Assembly (NCBI GenBank): GCA_023395435.1
Contig: JAEWZG010000061.1
Span: forward strand, 14,296 to 78,295
Direction of reading: 5' to 3'
Source: Bacillota bacterium
Lineage (GTDB): Bacteria; Bacillota; Clostridia; Oscillospirales; Ruminococcaceae
Length of the DNA stretch: 64,000 nucleotides
Shown here: piece after piece, positions 31,409 through 41,508 of the stretch
Position numbering within the stretch: the first letter of the stretch is position 1
How the letters are laid out: each line of letters begins with the position of its first letter
Made by a program: the position numbers and the translations under genes
Notes under the pieces: generated by a model
Told to the model about the DNA's origin: nothing
Database searches by the model: none
What the model saw: the letters and a program-made list of their open reading frames with translations, nothing else

Positions 31409-32392
31409 TTACTGTATACTACTTATCGAGCTTTCTTGCTCTATGTTTTCTTCTGATTTTTTATTTCCTGTTAATAATAAAGTCAAAGCAGTCCAAAGAA
31501 TCAATACAAAAGTAACTGCCAACCCACCTTCAAGGCCGAATTTACCGCCATTGAACAATTCACCATTGCCTACAGGAGTAAACCTGAAAACTGAAGTTTT
31601 AGTATCCATACCGCTTACAAAAATACCGTAGAAATTACCCTGTACAAAATTCCATACTGAATGTATTGCACAAGCACCCCATAAGCTGTTCGTTCTGATT
31701 ACATAAACTGAAATAAAAATTCCATAAAGAATAAGATTAATAAAAGCAAGTGCAGTAATTCCAGAATTAGCAAGATGAAGCATAGAGAAAAGCACTGAAT
31801 TAAGTAATATTGCTGCGACTATTGGAATTTTGTTTGAAAGTGATGGCATTAAGTAACCACGCATAATAACTTCTTCTTCCATCCCCTGAAACAGGAAACC
31901 AATAAAGAAAAGCACAATAAATAAAATATTTCCTTGAGCTATAATACCATTATACTCAAGAGAATTTGTAAGTACACAAATCAAAACACAAGTACTGAAC
32001 ATTGTGAAACCAATTATCATACCTATCAGATATTGTGGAACTGCTCTCTTTTTTACAAAGCCCATTGACCTGAAACTTCTTTTCTCAATACATCTGCAAT
32101 AGATTATTATAAGGAATGTAATAACAACCGTCGTAATAAGTTCAACAAATAATGTTGTTCTTGATGATTCAATCTTAGTTATTAAGTTTTGAATGCTATC
32201 AGGATTTTTAATATCAAAATCACTTGAAGTAAATATCTGTGCAAACATTATAATACCTATTGGTATTGCCTGTGCAAATGAAGTTGCAATAAGTATAACT
32301 ATAAAAATCAATATCTGAACAATTACAGTAGGTTGAAATTTTGCTGATTTAGCATCGTTTAGAAAACTATTTTTAGGCAAAAAATTTATCAT
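31409..32392 (-). CDS. CPBP (CAAX) family intramembrane metalloprotease
   Basis: 327 aa polytopic. EEVIMRGYL, FSMLHL and HSVWNF motifs. Confidence 0.8.
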   Translation of the reverse strand: MINFLPKNSFLNDAKSAKFQPTVIVQILIFIVILIATSFAQAIPIGIIMFAQIFTSSDFDIKNPDSIQNLITKIESSRTTLFVELITTVVITFLIIIYCRCIEKRSFRSMGFVKKRAVPQYLIGMIIGFTMFSTCVLICVLTNSLEYNGIIAQGNILFIVLFFIGFLFQGMEEEVIMRGYLMPSLSNKIPIVAAILLNSVLFSMLHLANSGITALAFINLILYGIFISVYVIRTNSLWGACAIHSVWNFVQGNFYGIFVSGMDTKTSVFRFTPVGNGELFNGGKFGLEGGLAVTFVLILWTALTLLLTGNKKSEENIEQESSISSIQ

Positions 32393-32549
32393 AGTCTAAA
32401 TTCCTTTCATTAAATACTCCAAAATTAATTATACTATAATTGTAAAAAATGTCTATATCTTAAATGAAATTTGCTATGATATTTACATATTCTCTTTATT
32501 TTTCTTGACAAATGATAGTAATGGTTATAAACTATAAATAACAAATATA

Positions 32550-32815
32550 AACTGTTGATGCGGAGATAAATAACAAAGTCTGAATTCAGATTATACGGCC
32601 TCACAGAGAGCAAGCATTTGCTGGGAGCTTGCAGGTACGGTGTTTTAAATGGACCGCGGAGGGCATGGTGAAAAATTAATTTGAGTATCCATGACGTATG
32701 GCTGCGTAAAAGTCAGAGAATATATCAGTATTCTTAATGAGGCAGGGTTTCCCTGTAAATCAAGGTGGCACCACGAGAACAACTCGTCCTTGACCGTTGG
32801 TCATGGACTTTTTTT
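32550..32815 (+). promoter_or_regulatory. T-box riboswitch leader, probable Trp specifier, upstream of iorA
   Basis: AGAGAG bulge and GCUGGGA distal loop. AAA-UGG-A (32650-32652) immediately 5' of CCGC, which pairs with GCGG at 32560-32563. T-box core AAUCAAGGUGGCACCACGAG with UGGC bulge (32766-32769). Terminator GTCCTTGAC-cgttg-GTCATGGAC plus T7 (32786-32815). Confidence 0.8.
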
Positions 32816-32844
32816 ATTTATTTATCTTTAGAAGGAGAAATATT

Positions 32845-34623
32845 ATGATTAAGAAGTTACTTATGGGTAATGAAGCAATAGGACTAGGTGCAATTAGAGC
32901 AGGTGTTTCTGTTGTAACAGGTTATCCTGGGACACCATCAACCGAAATTCTTGAAACAATCGCAAAGAACAATGATGGTTCAATTCATGTTGAATGGTCA
33001 ACAAATGAAAAGTCTGCACTTGAGGTTGCTGCTGGTGCATCATATACTGGTGCAAGAGTTATGGTAACTATGAAGCAGGTTGGACTTAATGTTGCTTCTG
33101 ATCCACTGATGAGCCTGAATTATATTGGCGTTAAAGGCGGAATGGTTATCGTTGTTGCTGATGATCCTGGCCCTATATCATCACAGACTGAACAGGATAC
33201 AAGACATTTTGGGAAGTTCGCAAAAATTGCTGTTTTTGATCCATCAAATGCCGAAGAAGCTTATCTCATGATAGGCAAGGCTTTTGAATATTCAGAAAAA
33301 TATCATCGGCCTGTAATTTTTAGACCTACTACACGAGTCTGCCACAGCTGTGCTCCTGTTGAATTACTTGAGAAAATAAATGTTCCAAAACCAGAAGGCT
33401 TTATTAAAGATAGCAAATGGGTTATCTTTCCTCGCCTGACGTACTTGAACCATATTAAGCTTGAAGAAAACTTGAAGCAAATGAGCGTTGATTTCTGTGA
33501 TTACGAAAGAAACTTTAATATTGGTGAAGGTAAAAAAGGTATAGCAAGCGGTGGCGGAAGCTACGCTTATGTCAAAGAAGCTTTAAAAGGCATTGATGAA
33601 TCAGAATACAATCTACTTAAAATATCGACCTACCCTGTTCCTAAAAAGACCTGTGTAGATTTTCTTAATAGTGTTGATGAGGTTCTTGTTGTTGAAGAAC
33701 TTGACCCTGTTATTGAAAAGGAACTTATCTATCTTTGCGGTTTATATAATATAAAGGTTTCTATTAAAGGAAAGCTTACCGGCGATATTCCAAATGCTGG
33801 TGAAAACTCAGTAGATAATATTATCAGTGTCGTTTATAAATACCTTAATAAAAATTTACCTAATAAAGAAGCTTTGAAATTGCCACAATTACCTGTGCGT
33901 CCACCTGTTTTATGCGCTGGATGCCCTCACAGAGCTTCATTCTTTGCTGTTAAAGAAGCTACAAAAGGAATGAAAGCAGTTTACAGCGGTGATATCGGAT
34001 GTTATACATTAGGTAATGCAAAGCCACTAGATATGGTTGATACCTGCCTATGTATGGGTGCTGGTATTACAGTTGCGCAAGGAATACATATTGTTGAGCC
34101 AGACACATTAAACTTTGCCTTTATTGGTGACTCGACATTCTTCCACACTGGCTTACAAGGAATAATCAATGCAGTTTATAATGAGATCGATATAATTGTT
34201 GTTATACTTGATAATTTAACAACTGCAATGACAGGCAGTCAGCCTCACCCTGGTACTGGCAAAACAATGATGAATGGTATATCACAGAAGATAAGCATTG
34301 AAGCAATGGTAAAAGCAATGAATGTTGATAAGGTTGTAAAAGCTAATCCATTTAATGCCGACGAGGCACAGGATGCTGTCAAGAGTGTTCTTAATGAAAA
34401 AGGTGTAAGGGTAATTATTTTTCAGGCTCCTTGTATCGTAGTTCATAAAGGTAAGGATAAATGCACAATTTCTACCGACAAGTGTACTGGCTGCAAAATA
34501 TGCATAAATAAACTTGGTTGCCCTGCAATTTCTTTTAATAATAAAAAAGCTCAGATTAATCCAACCCTATGTACAGGCTGCGGAATATGCAAGAGTGTCT
34601 GCAAGTTCGGCGCTATTCAATGA
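32845..34623 (+). CDS. iorA: Indolepyruvate:ferredoxin oxidoreductase alpha subunit
   Basis: 592 aa from ATG 32845 (RBS GAAGGAG). TPP-binding GDIGCYT...GDSTFFHTG. C-terminal 2x[4Fe-4S] CTGCKIC..CP / CTGCGICKSVC. Confidence 0.88.
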   Translation: MIKKLLMGNEAIGLGAIRAGVSVVTGYPGTPSTEILETIAKNNDGSIHVEWSTNEKSALEVAAGASYTGARVMVTMKQVGLNVASDPLMSLNYIGVKGGMVIVVADDPGPISSQTEQDTRHFGKFAKIAVFDPSNAEEAYLMIGKAFEYSEKYHRPVIFRPTTRVCHSCAPVELLEKINVPKPEGFIKDSKWVIFPRLTYLNHIKLEENLKQMSVDFCDYERNFNIGEGKKGIASGGGSYAYVKEALKGIDESEYNLLKISTYPVPKKTCVDFLNSVDEVLVVEELDPVIEKELIYLCGLYNIKVSIKGKLTGDIPNAGENSVDNIISVVYKYLNKNLPNKEALKLPQLPVRPPVLCAGCPHRASFFAVKEATKGMKAVYSGDIGCYTLGNAKPLDMVDTCLCMGAGITVAQGIHIVEPDTLNFAFIGDSTFFHTGLQGIINAVYNEIDIIVVILDNLTTAMTGSQPHPGTGKTMMNGISQKISIEAMVKAMNVDKVVKANPFNADEAQDAVKSVLNEKGVRVIIFQAPCIVVHKGKDKCTISTDKCTGCKICINKLGCPAISFNNKKAQINPTLCTGCGICKSVCKFGAIQ

Positions 34624-34653
34624 TTGAATATAAATTATTCTTTGGAGGTAAAA

Positions 34654-35256
34654 ATGATTAGTTTTATATTATCTGGCGTCGGTGGTCAGGGTACTGTTCT
34701 TGCATCGAAGCTTCTTGCAAAATCTGCTATGGAATCAGGACTTGAAGTCAGAACGACAGAAACAATAGGTATGGCACAGCGTGGTGGCTCTGTTGTTAGC
34801 CATATAAGAATGGGAGAAACAGTGGATTCCCCAATTGTGCCAGAAAAAAGTGCTGATGTTATTATTGCTTTTGAACCTTCTGAGGCTGTAAGAGTCCTTC
34901 CTTATTTAAAAGAAAACGGCAGTATGCTCGTATGTGATTCTCCTATAATGCCTGTTACAAGTTCACTAGGTGGCGGTTATGATATTGATGAAATAATTAA
35001 CTTCTTGAAAGTTAACGTTAAAAATCTCACTATTTTCAATGGTGATAAATTTATGGAATGTTGTGGAAATGAAAAAGCATTGAATGTTGCCTTGCTCGGT
35101 ACAACTGCAAACACAGGAGCATTACCTTTCAATACAGAAATATTAGAAAATACTATTAAAAAAAGTATTCCTGAAAAGTTCTTAGATATGAATATGAAAG
35201 CTTACGATTTTGGAAAGAGGTGCGCAAATGACAACAGAAGTATTGAACAGAATTAA
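34654..35256 (+). CDS. iorB: Indolepyruvate:ferredoxin oxidoreductase beta subunit
   Basis: GVGGQGTVLASK, ETIGMAQRGGSV. ATG 34654 after GGAGG. Confidence 0.85.
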   Translation: MISFILSGVGGQGTVLASKLLAKSAMESGLEVRTTETIGMAQRGGSVVSHIRMGETVDSPIVPEKSADVIIAFEPSEAVRVLPYLKENGSMLVCDSPIMPVTSSLGGGYDIDEIINFLKVNVKNLTIFNGDKFMECCGNEKALNVALLGTTANTGALPFNTEILENTIKKSIPEKFLDMNMKAYDFGKRCANDNRSIEQN

Positions 35257-36457
35257 AAAATCAATAAGTCATGCTATGAACAGTGAATTTTACAAAGAGC
35301 ATTTTAAAGGAATTGATACTTCAAGCATTAATTCACAAGAAGATTTTGAAAAACTTCCTTTCTCCGATAAAGGTGATTTAAGAAATGCTTATCCTCTCGG
35401 TCTTCAGGCAGTACCTGACGAAAAAATCGTTCGTATTCACTCTTCATCAGGAACAACAGGAACACCTGTTATTATTCCTTATACACAAAAAGACGTTGAT
35501 GATTGGGCAACTATGTTCAAGAGATGTTACGAAACTGCTGGTATTACTAATACTGACAGAATACATATTACTCCTGGTTATGGTTTGTGGACTGCGGGTA
35601 TTGGTTTTCAGTTAGGTGCTGAAAAGCTTGGTGCTATGACTATTCCAATGGGTCCAGGTAATACAGACAAACAGTTAAAAATGATGGAAGACTTAAAATC
35701 ATCAGTTATATGTGCAACATCTTCATATGCACTTTTGCTTGCAGAAGAAATTGAAAAGCGTGGAATTAAAGATAAAATTGTATTAAAAAAAGCAGTTATC
35801 GGTTCAGAACGCTGGGGCGAGAAAATGAGAAAGCGTATTGCAAATGAGCTTGGCGTTCAGTTATTTGATATTTATGGACTTACAGAAATATATGGTCCTG
35901 GTATAGGTATGAGCTGTCCTTTTGAGCACGGTATGCATATGTGGACTGATTATTTATATTATGAAATAATTGATCCAAAGACAGGTAAGCATGTTAAAAA
36001 AGGCGAAGTCGGTGAGCTTGTTATCACAACTCTCGAAAAAGAAGGTGCACCACTAATACGTTATAGAACGCACGACCTTACAAAAGAAATTGAGGGCGAA
36101 TGTGAATGTGGCTTAAAATTCCCACGAATTGATACAATTATCGGGCGTTCAGATGATATGGTCAAAGTCAAAGGAGCTATTGTGTTCCCCGCCCGTGTTG
36201 AAGAAGTTCTTTCAAAAATTGAAGGTGTCAGCAGTGAATATCAGATTATCATTGATCATCTTAATGGAAAAGACATTCTGTCACTATTCTTTGAAACACC
36301 TATTAATGATGAAAAAGAACGTAAGGAACTGGCTAAACGCGTAGAAAAGGTATTTAAAGAACAGATTAATATTATTCCTGTAACAAAGCCAGTTTCTATC
36401 GGTGAATTGCCACGAAGCGAAAAGAAATCAACAAGAATTTTTGATAACAGATATTAA
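35228..36457 (+). CDS. paaK: Phenylacetate-CoA ligase family (aryl-acetate adenylating enzyme)
   Basis: SSGTTGTP AMP-binding motif, YGLTE, and a PaaK-type short C-domain. Confidence 0.85.
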   Translation: MTTEVLNRIKKSISHAMNSEFYKEHFKGIDTSSINSQEDFEKLPFSDKGDLRNAYPLGLQAVPDEKIVRIHSSSGTTGTPVIIPYTQKDVDDWATMFKRCYETAGITNTDRIHITPGYGLWTAGIGFQLGAEKLGAMTIPMGPGNTDKQLKMMEDLKSSVICATSSYALLLAEEIEKRGIKDKIVLKKAVIGSERWGEKMRKRIANELGVQLFDIYGLTEIYGPGIGMSCPFEHGMHMWTDYLYYEIIDPKTGKHVKKGEVGELVITTLEKEGAPLIRYRTHDLTKEIEGECECGLKFPRIDTIIGRSDDMVKVKGAIVFPARVEEVLSKIEGVSSEYQIIIDHLNGKDILSLFFETPINDEKERKELAKRVEKVFKEQINIIPVTKPVSIGELPRSEKKSTRIFDNRY

Positions 36458-36558
36458 TTTAGCAAAACATCCTCTATTACAGAGGATGTTTTAATTATAT
36501 GTTGTATATATAAAGGCATAATGATATAATATGATTATATATAAATTTATGAGGTATA

Positions 36559-37308
36559 ATGATGTTGAATGAATTTTCAAGAACTCAATTATTATTTGGC
36601 GAACAAGCAATGAATAAGCTGAAAAAAAGCAGAGTAGCTGTTTTCGGTGTTGGTGGTGTTGGTGGATATGTTGTTGAAGCTCTTGCACGAACAGGAATAG
36701 GCATGATTGATGTTATTGATAACGATAAAGTTTCACTTACAAATATCAACAGACAGATTATAGCAACACATAAAACAATTGGGCAAGATAAGGTTGATGT
36801 AATCGAAGAGAGAATACATGATATCTGTCCTGATATTATTGTGAATAAATTTAAATGCTTCTATCTCCCTGAAACAGCAGATCAATTTGATTTTACACAA
36901 TTTGATTATGTTGTTGACGCAATAGATACAGTAAAAGGGAAACTTGAAATTGTAAAGCAAGCAAATTTAGCAAGAGTAAAAATAATTTCCTCTATGGGTG
37001 CTGGAAATAAAGTTGATCCGACTGCTTTTAGAGTAACTGACATATATAAAACAAGTGTTTGTCCTCTTGCAAGGGTAATGAGATATGAACTTCGCAAAAT
37101 GGGAATAAAAAAACTCAAAGTAGTTTATTCTGAGGAACAGGCATTACAGCCACTAAATGATGAATCAATTATTGAGGCTGAAAGCACTAACACAATGAAA
37201 CGTGCAATACCCGGTTCAACAGCGTTTGTTCCTTCTGTTGCTGGATTAATTATTGCAAGCGAGGTAATAAAAGACCTCATAGATATAAACTTAAAAAATC
37301 AAACATAA
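36559..37308 (+). CDS. tcdA: tRNA threonylcarbamoyladenosine dehydratase (ThiF/E1-like)
   Basis: GVGGVGG Rossmann motif, NINRQ, about 250 aa. Confidence 0.8.
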   Translation: MMLNEFSRTQLLFGEQAMNKLKKSRVAVFGVGGVGGYVVEALARTGIGMIDVIDNDKVSLTNINRQIIATHKTIGQDKVDVIEERIHDICPDIIVNKFKCFYLPETADQFDFTQFDYVVDAIDTVKGKLEIVKQANLARVKIISSMGAGNKVDPTAFRVTDIYKTSVCPLARVMRYELRKMGIKKLKVVYSEEQALQPLNDESIIEAESTNTMKRAIPGSTAFVPSVAGLIIASEVIKDLIDINLKNQT

Positions 37309-37436
37309 ATAGTATAATAATATTAATAAACTATTATAAATTTAATAGATAAAATATATTTGGAGTTAATTGTTTAAATTATTGACTTATTATTGGTTAT
37401 ATAGTAAAATAAATATAAAATGAAAGGAGTCTTGAT

Positions 37437-38138
37437 ATGGATAATTTTAATGGATATACCTCTTTTGATAGTCAAAGCAATGTACAGGATAATGTTCAGG
37501 ATATTACAGTTAAGACATTTATGTATATGTTCTTTGCATTAATTGTTTCTGGTTTTTTTGCATTTGTTACTTACGCAACAGGAAATGCTGAGGAAATGAT
37601 TAGTAATGGAACATTCATAATTCTTATTTTTGTTGAACTTGCTACTGTAATAATAACAACTATTCTTGTAAGAAAGAACTTGCCTGCTCCAGCAGCGGTT
37701 TGTGGTACAATATATTGTATCGTTAATGGATTAACACTTTCAGTTATCTTCCTTGCATATGAAATGCAGTCTATTGTTGCAATCTTTTTTGTTACATCAG
37801 CAATCTTTGGTGCTATGGCACTTTATGGTTCAAGAACAAAAAAAGATCTTACTTCAATTGGCAGCCTTTGTTATATGGCTTTAATTGGAATAATACTTAT
37901 TACAATTATTAATATATTCTTTTTAAAGAGTGAAGGACTTGACCTTGTTCTTAGCTACGTTGGTGTATTAGTATTTGTTGGGCTTACTGCTTATGATACT
38001 CAGATGATCAGAAGATTAGCTACAAGCGATAATGGCTTATCACCTTATTCAATAGCAATTCTTTGTGCATTGAATTTATACCTTGACTTTATCAATCTTT
38101 TCTTAAAACTTTTAAGAATTTTCGCTAGAAATAGATAA
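37437..38138 (+). CDS. Bax inhibitor-1/YccA-family membrane protein
   Basis: 233 aa, seven TM helices, C-terminal LYLDFINLFL. Confidence 0.8.
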   Translation: MDNFNGYTSFDSQSNVQDNVQDITVKTFMYMFFALIVSGFFAFVTYATGNAEEMISNGTFIILIFVELATVIITTILVRKNLPAPAAVCGTIYCIVNGLTLSVIFLAYEMQSIVAIFFVTSAIFGAMALYGSRTKKDLTSIGSLCYMALIGIILITIINIFFLKSEGLDLVLSYVGVLVFVGLTAYDTQMIRRLATSDNGLSPYSIAILCALNLYLDFINLFLKLLRIFARNR

Positions 38139-38472
38139 AGCATAATTTTAAAATATACTTATAATCCCATCATTAACGATGGGATTATCTTATTTTGCTT
38201 ATAAAACACCAGGTAATGACTTGGCTTTTGAAAAAAATAAGATAATAAACAGACTAATAATATGATAGAATTTGCGAGAATTCTAATAGAAAAAAGCATT
38301 CTGATACACGAAGTGTATGCAAATTTATAGCAGATAAATATAAAAAAAGAAATTTTATGGTTAGATGTGCTGAAATTATCATAAATAACAAAATGAGTAT
38401 TTACTATTAAAGGGTTGACTTTTAGAAAGTAATATAGTATAATAAATAGGCTTCAATAAAATTGTTTTATAT

Positions 38473-38559
38473 GCCGCTGTGGTGGAATAGGCAGACACAA
38501 GGGACTTAAAATCCCTCGGTAGTAATATCGTACCGGTTCAAGTCCGGTCAGCGGCACCA
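38473..38559 (+). tRNA. tRNA-Leu (anticodon UAA), class II with long variable arm, CCA encoded
   Basis: Acceptor GCCGCTG/CAGCGGC. Anticodon arm AGGGA-CTTAAAA-TCCCT. Variable arm CGGTA-GTAA-TATCG. T-arm ACCGG-TTCAAGT-CCGGT. Terminator at 38577-38605. Confidence 0.92.
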
Positions 38560-38979
38560 TAATGTTATATTTAACCAAAGGGCTCATAGAAATATGAGCC
38601 TTTTTGCATAATATAACGACGATACAAGAGAGTGGTGCAACACCTATAATATCAGCTCTACCAAAAAATAATTATTTCTTTTTTCTTTTACACATAAAAA
38701 TAGCCTTCCAGATTTATCGCATGAAAATTTACATTATTTAACAAAACTGGAAGGCTCGAACGAAGCCTAATTATATTATTATTTGAGAATTTTCAACGTC
38801 TTATGAATTACTGCTCATGCACCTGAACTGCCTATGTTTTAGATACAAGCTTAACCTTTGTATATATTGTTGCAGTTATTATTCTATATTATTTGTTCTG
38901 AAGGATTTGGAAGCTGTTTATGTGATCAAAAATTAATACACTGCAAAGAATAACAGAATAGAACTTTCAAGAAACAAAT

Positions 38980-40377
38980 TTATGACTTTGGCAATGTTAC
39001 CATAAATACACTTCCCTCATTTAAAACGCTCTGAACATCAACAGTACCGCCATGAGCTGATATAATTGATTTTACAATAACCAGTCCTATTCCTGTCCCG
39101 CCAGACTTACGATTACGTGATTTATCTGCTCTGTAAAAGCGTTCAAAAATAAACGGTAAATCTTCTGATGAAATACCAATTCCGTTATCTTGAATGCTAA
39201 GCATTATAGACTTATCCGTCTCTGAAAGATTAATATTGATGTTTCCGCCCTGACTTGTGTATTTTATTGCATTGGATAACAAGTTTATCACTACTTGACT
39301 AATTCTGTCTTTATCAGCAAAAATATCTGCGCAAAAGCCATTAACTGAAACAGACATAGCTTTATTTTTAAGTTCAACTTCAAAATTAAATAGCACCTTT
39401 TTTACTACTTCTATAATATTAACTTGCGTTTTTTCAAGTTTTAAGTTGTTGCTGTCAACCCTTGCAAGGCTTTCCAAATCCTTCACAAGTTTTTCAAGAC
39501 GAACGGCTTCATCATAGCAGCTTTGAAGGCGCTGCGTCGTCGGTTGCCACACACCTTCAACCATAGCTTCAATATGTGTCTGTAAAGTGGTAAGTGGGGT
39601 TCTTAACTCATGGGCAACGTCAGCAGTAAGCTGTTTTCTCAAATTTTCCTGCTTGCCTAATGAATCAGCCAAATGGTTAATAGACCCAGTAAGTTCGTTT
39701 ACCTCTTTTGTGTTTGTAGTTTCTTCAATTCTAACATTGTATTCTCCATCTGAGATTTGTTTTGCTACTCCAGCAGTTATAAGTATTGGGTGACTTATCC
39801 GTTTTGCCATAAAGAATCCAACAAAGACAGAAAAGACAAGTGAAATAACACTTACTAAAATTAGAATTCTATTAAGCGAATTTAAAAATTCAAAATCATC
39901 TTTACTTAGGAAATAAGGACCAAAAAAACTAATATTAGCTTTTCCAATTTCTTTATTTACTAAATAAATTGGAAACTCTTTTGAAGTGAATTCCCCATTG
40001 ATTTGTGGATATTTAGTCATCATTCTATGTGAAATATCATCCATTATCCGTGTACAGCTATTCATGTCACAAACTTCAGCATCCCATATATTATTACTGT
40101 TCACATCATAAACTTTAACAATAAACCCATCATAAAGAGCATTCATACCTATGGTGTGTACAAAATTCATATCCCATTTACCTGTTGCATCGTCATATTG
40201 TTGGCTGATCGATGTTACAATTTCCTTTACTGATGCTTGCTGTTGTCTAGTTATGTATCCTTTAAACTGGTCTTGAATTAAAAAATTAGAGAATAGGCTG
40301 ATTATTGCAATTGATAGCAATGTTACGAATGCAATAGTAAGTGATAGTTTTGTTTTTAAAGTATGTTTCATCCGCAC
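38980..40377 (-). CDS. Sensor histidine kinase (two TM helices, HAMP, HisKA, HATPase)
   Basis: H-box ADVAHELRTPLT, N-box NLLSNAIKYT, G-boxes DNGIGI and GGTGIGL. Confidence 0.88.
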   Translation of the reverse strand: MRMKHTLKTKLSLTIAFVTLLSIAIISLFSNFLIQDQFKGYITRQQQASVKEIVTSISQQYDDATGKWDMNFVHTIGMNALYDGFIVKVYDVNSNNIWDAEVCDMNSCTRIMDDISHRMMTKYPQINGEFTSKEFPIYLVNKEIGKANISFFGPYFLSKDDFEFLNSLNRILILVSVISLVFSVFVGFFMAKRISHPILITAGVAKQISDGEYNVRIEETTNTKEVNELTGSINHLADSLGKQENLRKQLTADVAHELRTPLTTLQTHIEAMVEGVWQPTTQRLQSCYDEAVRLEKLVKDLESLARVDSNNLKLEKTQVNIIEVVKKVLFNFEVELKNKAMSVSVNGFCADIFADKDRISQVVINLLSNAIKYTSQGGNININLSETDKSIMLSIQDNGIGISSEDLPFIFERFYRADKSRNRKSGGTGIGLVIVKSIISAHGGTVDVQSVLNEGSVFMVTLPKS

Positions 40378-40490
40378 ACCTTCCTTTCTCTCAAATTACT
40401 TTAAGGTGACACTGCAAAACCTTTAAGCACAAATTTTCTAAAATATGAGCTATAAGATTATGCCGTGCTACCTTAAGTTTATTTATTAAT

Positions 40491-41189
40491 CTACTCCCCA
40501 CCAAATTTATAACCTGTACCATGGATTGTAAGAATATATGTTGGGTTTTTGGGGTCACTCTCAATTTTTTGCCGAAGATTCTTTATATGGCTATCGATTG
40601 CCCTATCATACCCATTAAACTCATCTCCAAAAGCTATTTGTATTAATTCTTCTCGAGTGAAAACTTTATTTGGATATTTTATCAAGGTTGAAAATATCTT
40701 AAATTCATTTGGTGTAAGATTTAATTCGCATTGATTCTTTTTAATTATGTGGCTTTCAAAATCAACGATTAAATCGTCATTCCCAAAAGTGCTTTTGTTA
40801 TATAGAGGCTGTAAATCGCTTTGTGACCTGCGCAGTACTGCATCAATCCTTGCATAGAGTTCTTTTAGACTGAACGGCTTTGTTATATAATCATCTGCAC
40901 CAATCTCTAAGCCTTTTAGCATATCAGATTCCTCTGCCTTGGCTGTAAGCATAATAATTGGTACACGGGACTTTTTACGAATTGTCATACAAATATCTTC
41001 ACCAGTCATATCTGGTAGCATGAGGTCTAATAATATTAGTGAGATATTTTTTCTTTCAAAAATACCAAGAGCATCATTCCCACTTTCAGCAGAAAACACA
41101 TTAAAATTTTTGCTTTCAAGAAATGACTTGACAACCTCTATTATTTTTTCTTCATCATCGACAATCAATATTGATTTTGCATTATCCAT
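40491..41189 (-). CDS. OmpR/PhoB-family response regulator
   Basis: Receiver domain (ILIVDDEE, DLMLPDMTG, LTAK) and winged helix (LTPNEFKIF..., GTGYKF). ATG 41189 after GAGAGGA. Confidence 0.9.
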   Translation of the reverse strand: MDNAKSILIVDDEEKIIEVVKSFLESKNFNVFSAESGNDALGIFERKNISLILLDLMLPDMTGEDICMTIRKKSRVPIIMLTAKAEESDMLKGLEIGADDYITKPFSLKELYARIDAVLRRSQSDLQPLYNKSTFGNDDLIVDFESHIIKKNQCELNLTPNEFKIFSTLIKYPNKVFTREELIQIAFGDEFNGYDRAIDSHIKNLRQKIESDPKNPTYILTIHGTGYKFGGE

Positions 41190-41250
41190 ATAATATCCTC
41201 TCAAAAACCATTCTCAAAGTCCCTTTAACAAAGGACTTTGAGAAATGCTA

Positions 41251-41457
41251 TTATACTATATCATAACCTTGATCTTCAATTGCAATCTTAATATCATCAA
41301 TTGATACTTTATCTGATTGGTACTCTATTGTAACAGTTTTTTGAGATAAATCAACTTCCACTGTTGCTACGCCATCAAGTGCACCAACAGATTTTTTTAT
41401 TACATTTTCGCAATGGGAACAGGACATCCCATCAACTATTAATATAATTTTTCCCAT
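41251..41457 (-). CDS. copZ: Copper chaperone CopZ (single HMA domain)
   Basis: 68 aa with GMSCSHC motif. ATG 41457 after GGAGGA. Confidence 0.85.
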   Translation of the reverse strand: MGKIILIVDGMSCSHCENVIKKSVGALDGVATVEVDLSQKTVTIEYQSDKVSIDDIKIAIEDQGYDIV

Positions 41458-41508
41458 TATAAGTTCCTCCAACAATATATTTTATTAATACTACTTTACG
41501 ACTTTTAT

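Noticed and set aside
31383-31631. An 82-aa + strand ORF following the AI-2E transporter gene.
   Set aside because: It starts inside the bidirectional terminator and is antisense to the 3' end of the CPBP protease gene. It has no RBS and is a shadow ORF.
32591-32602. The perfect palindrome TCTGAATTCAGA inside the iorA leader, considered as a protein operator.
   Set aside because: It lies inside T-box stem I, where it can simply form part of the RNA helix. There is no second half-site or associated regulator gene.
36491-36688. A 65-aa His/Gln-rich ORF on the - strand between paaK and tcdA.
   Set aside because: It overlaps the paaK terminator hairpin and the tcdA start on the opposite strand. 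It is low-complexity and has no RBS.
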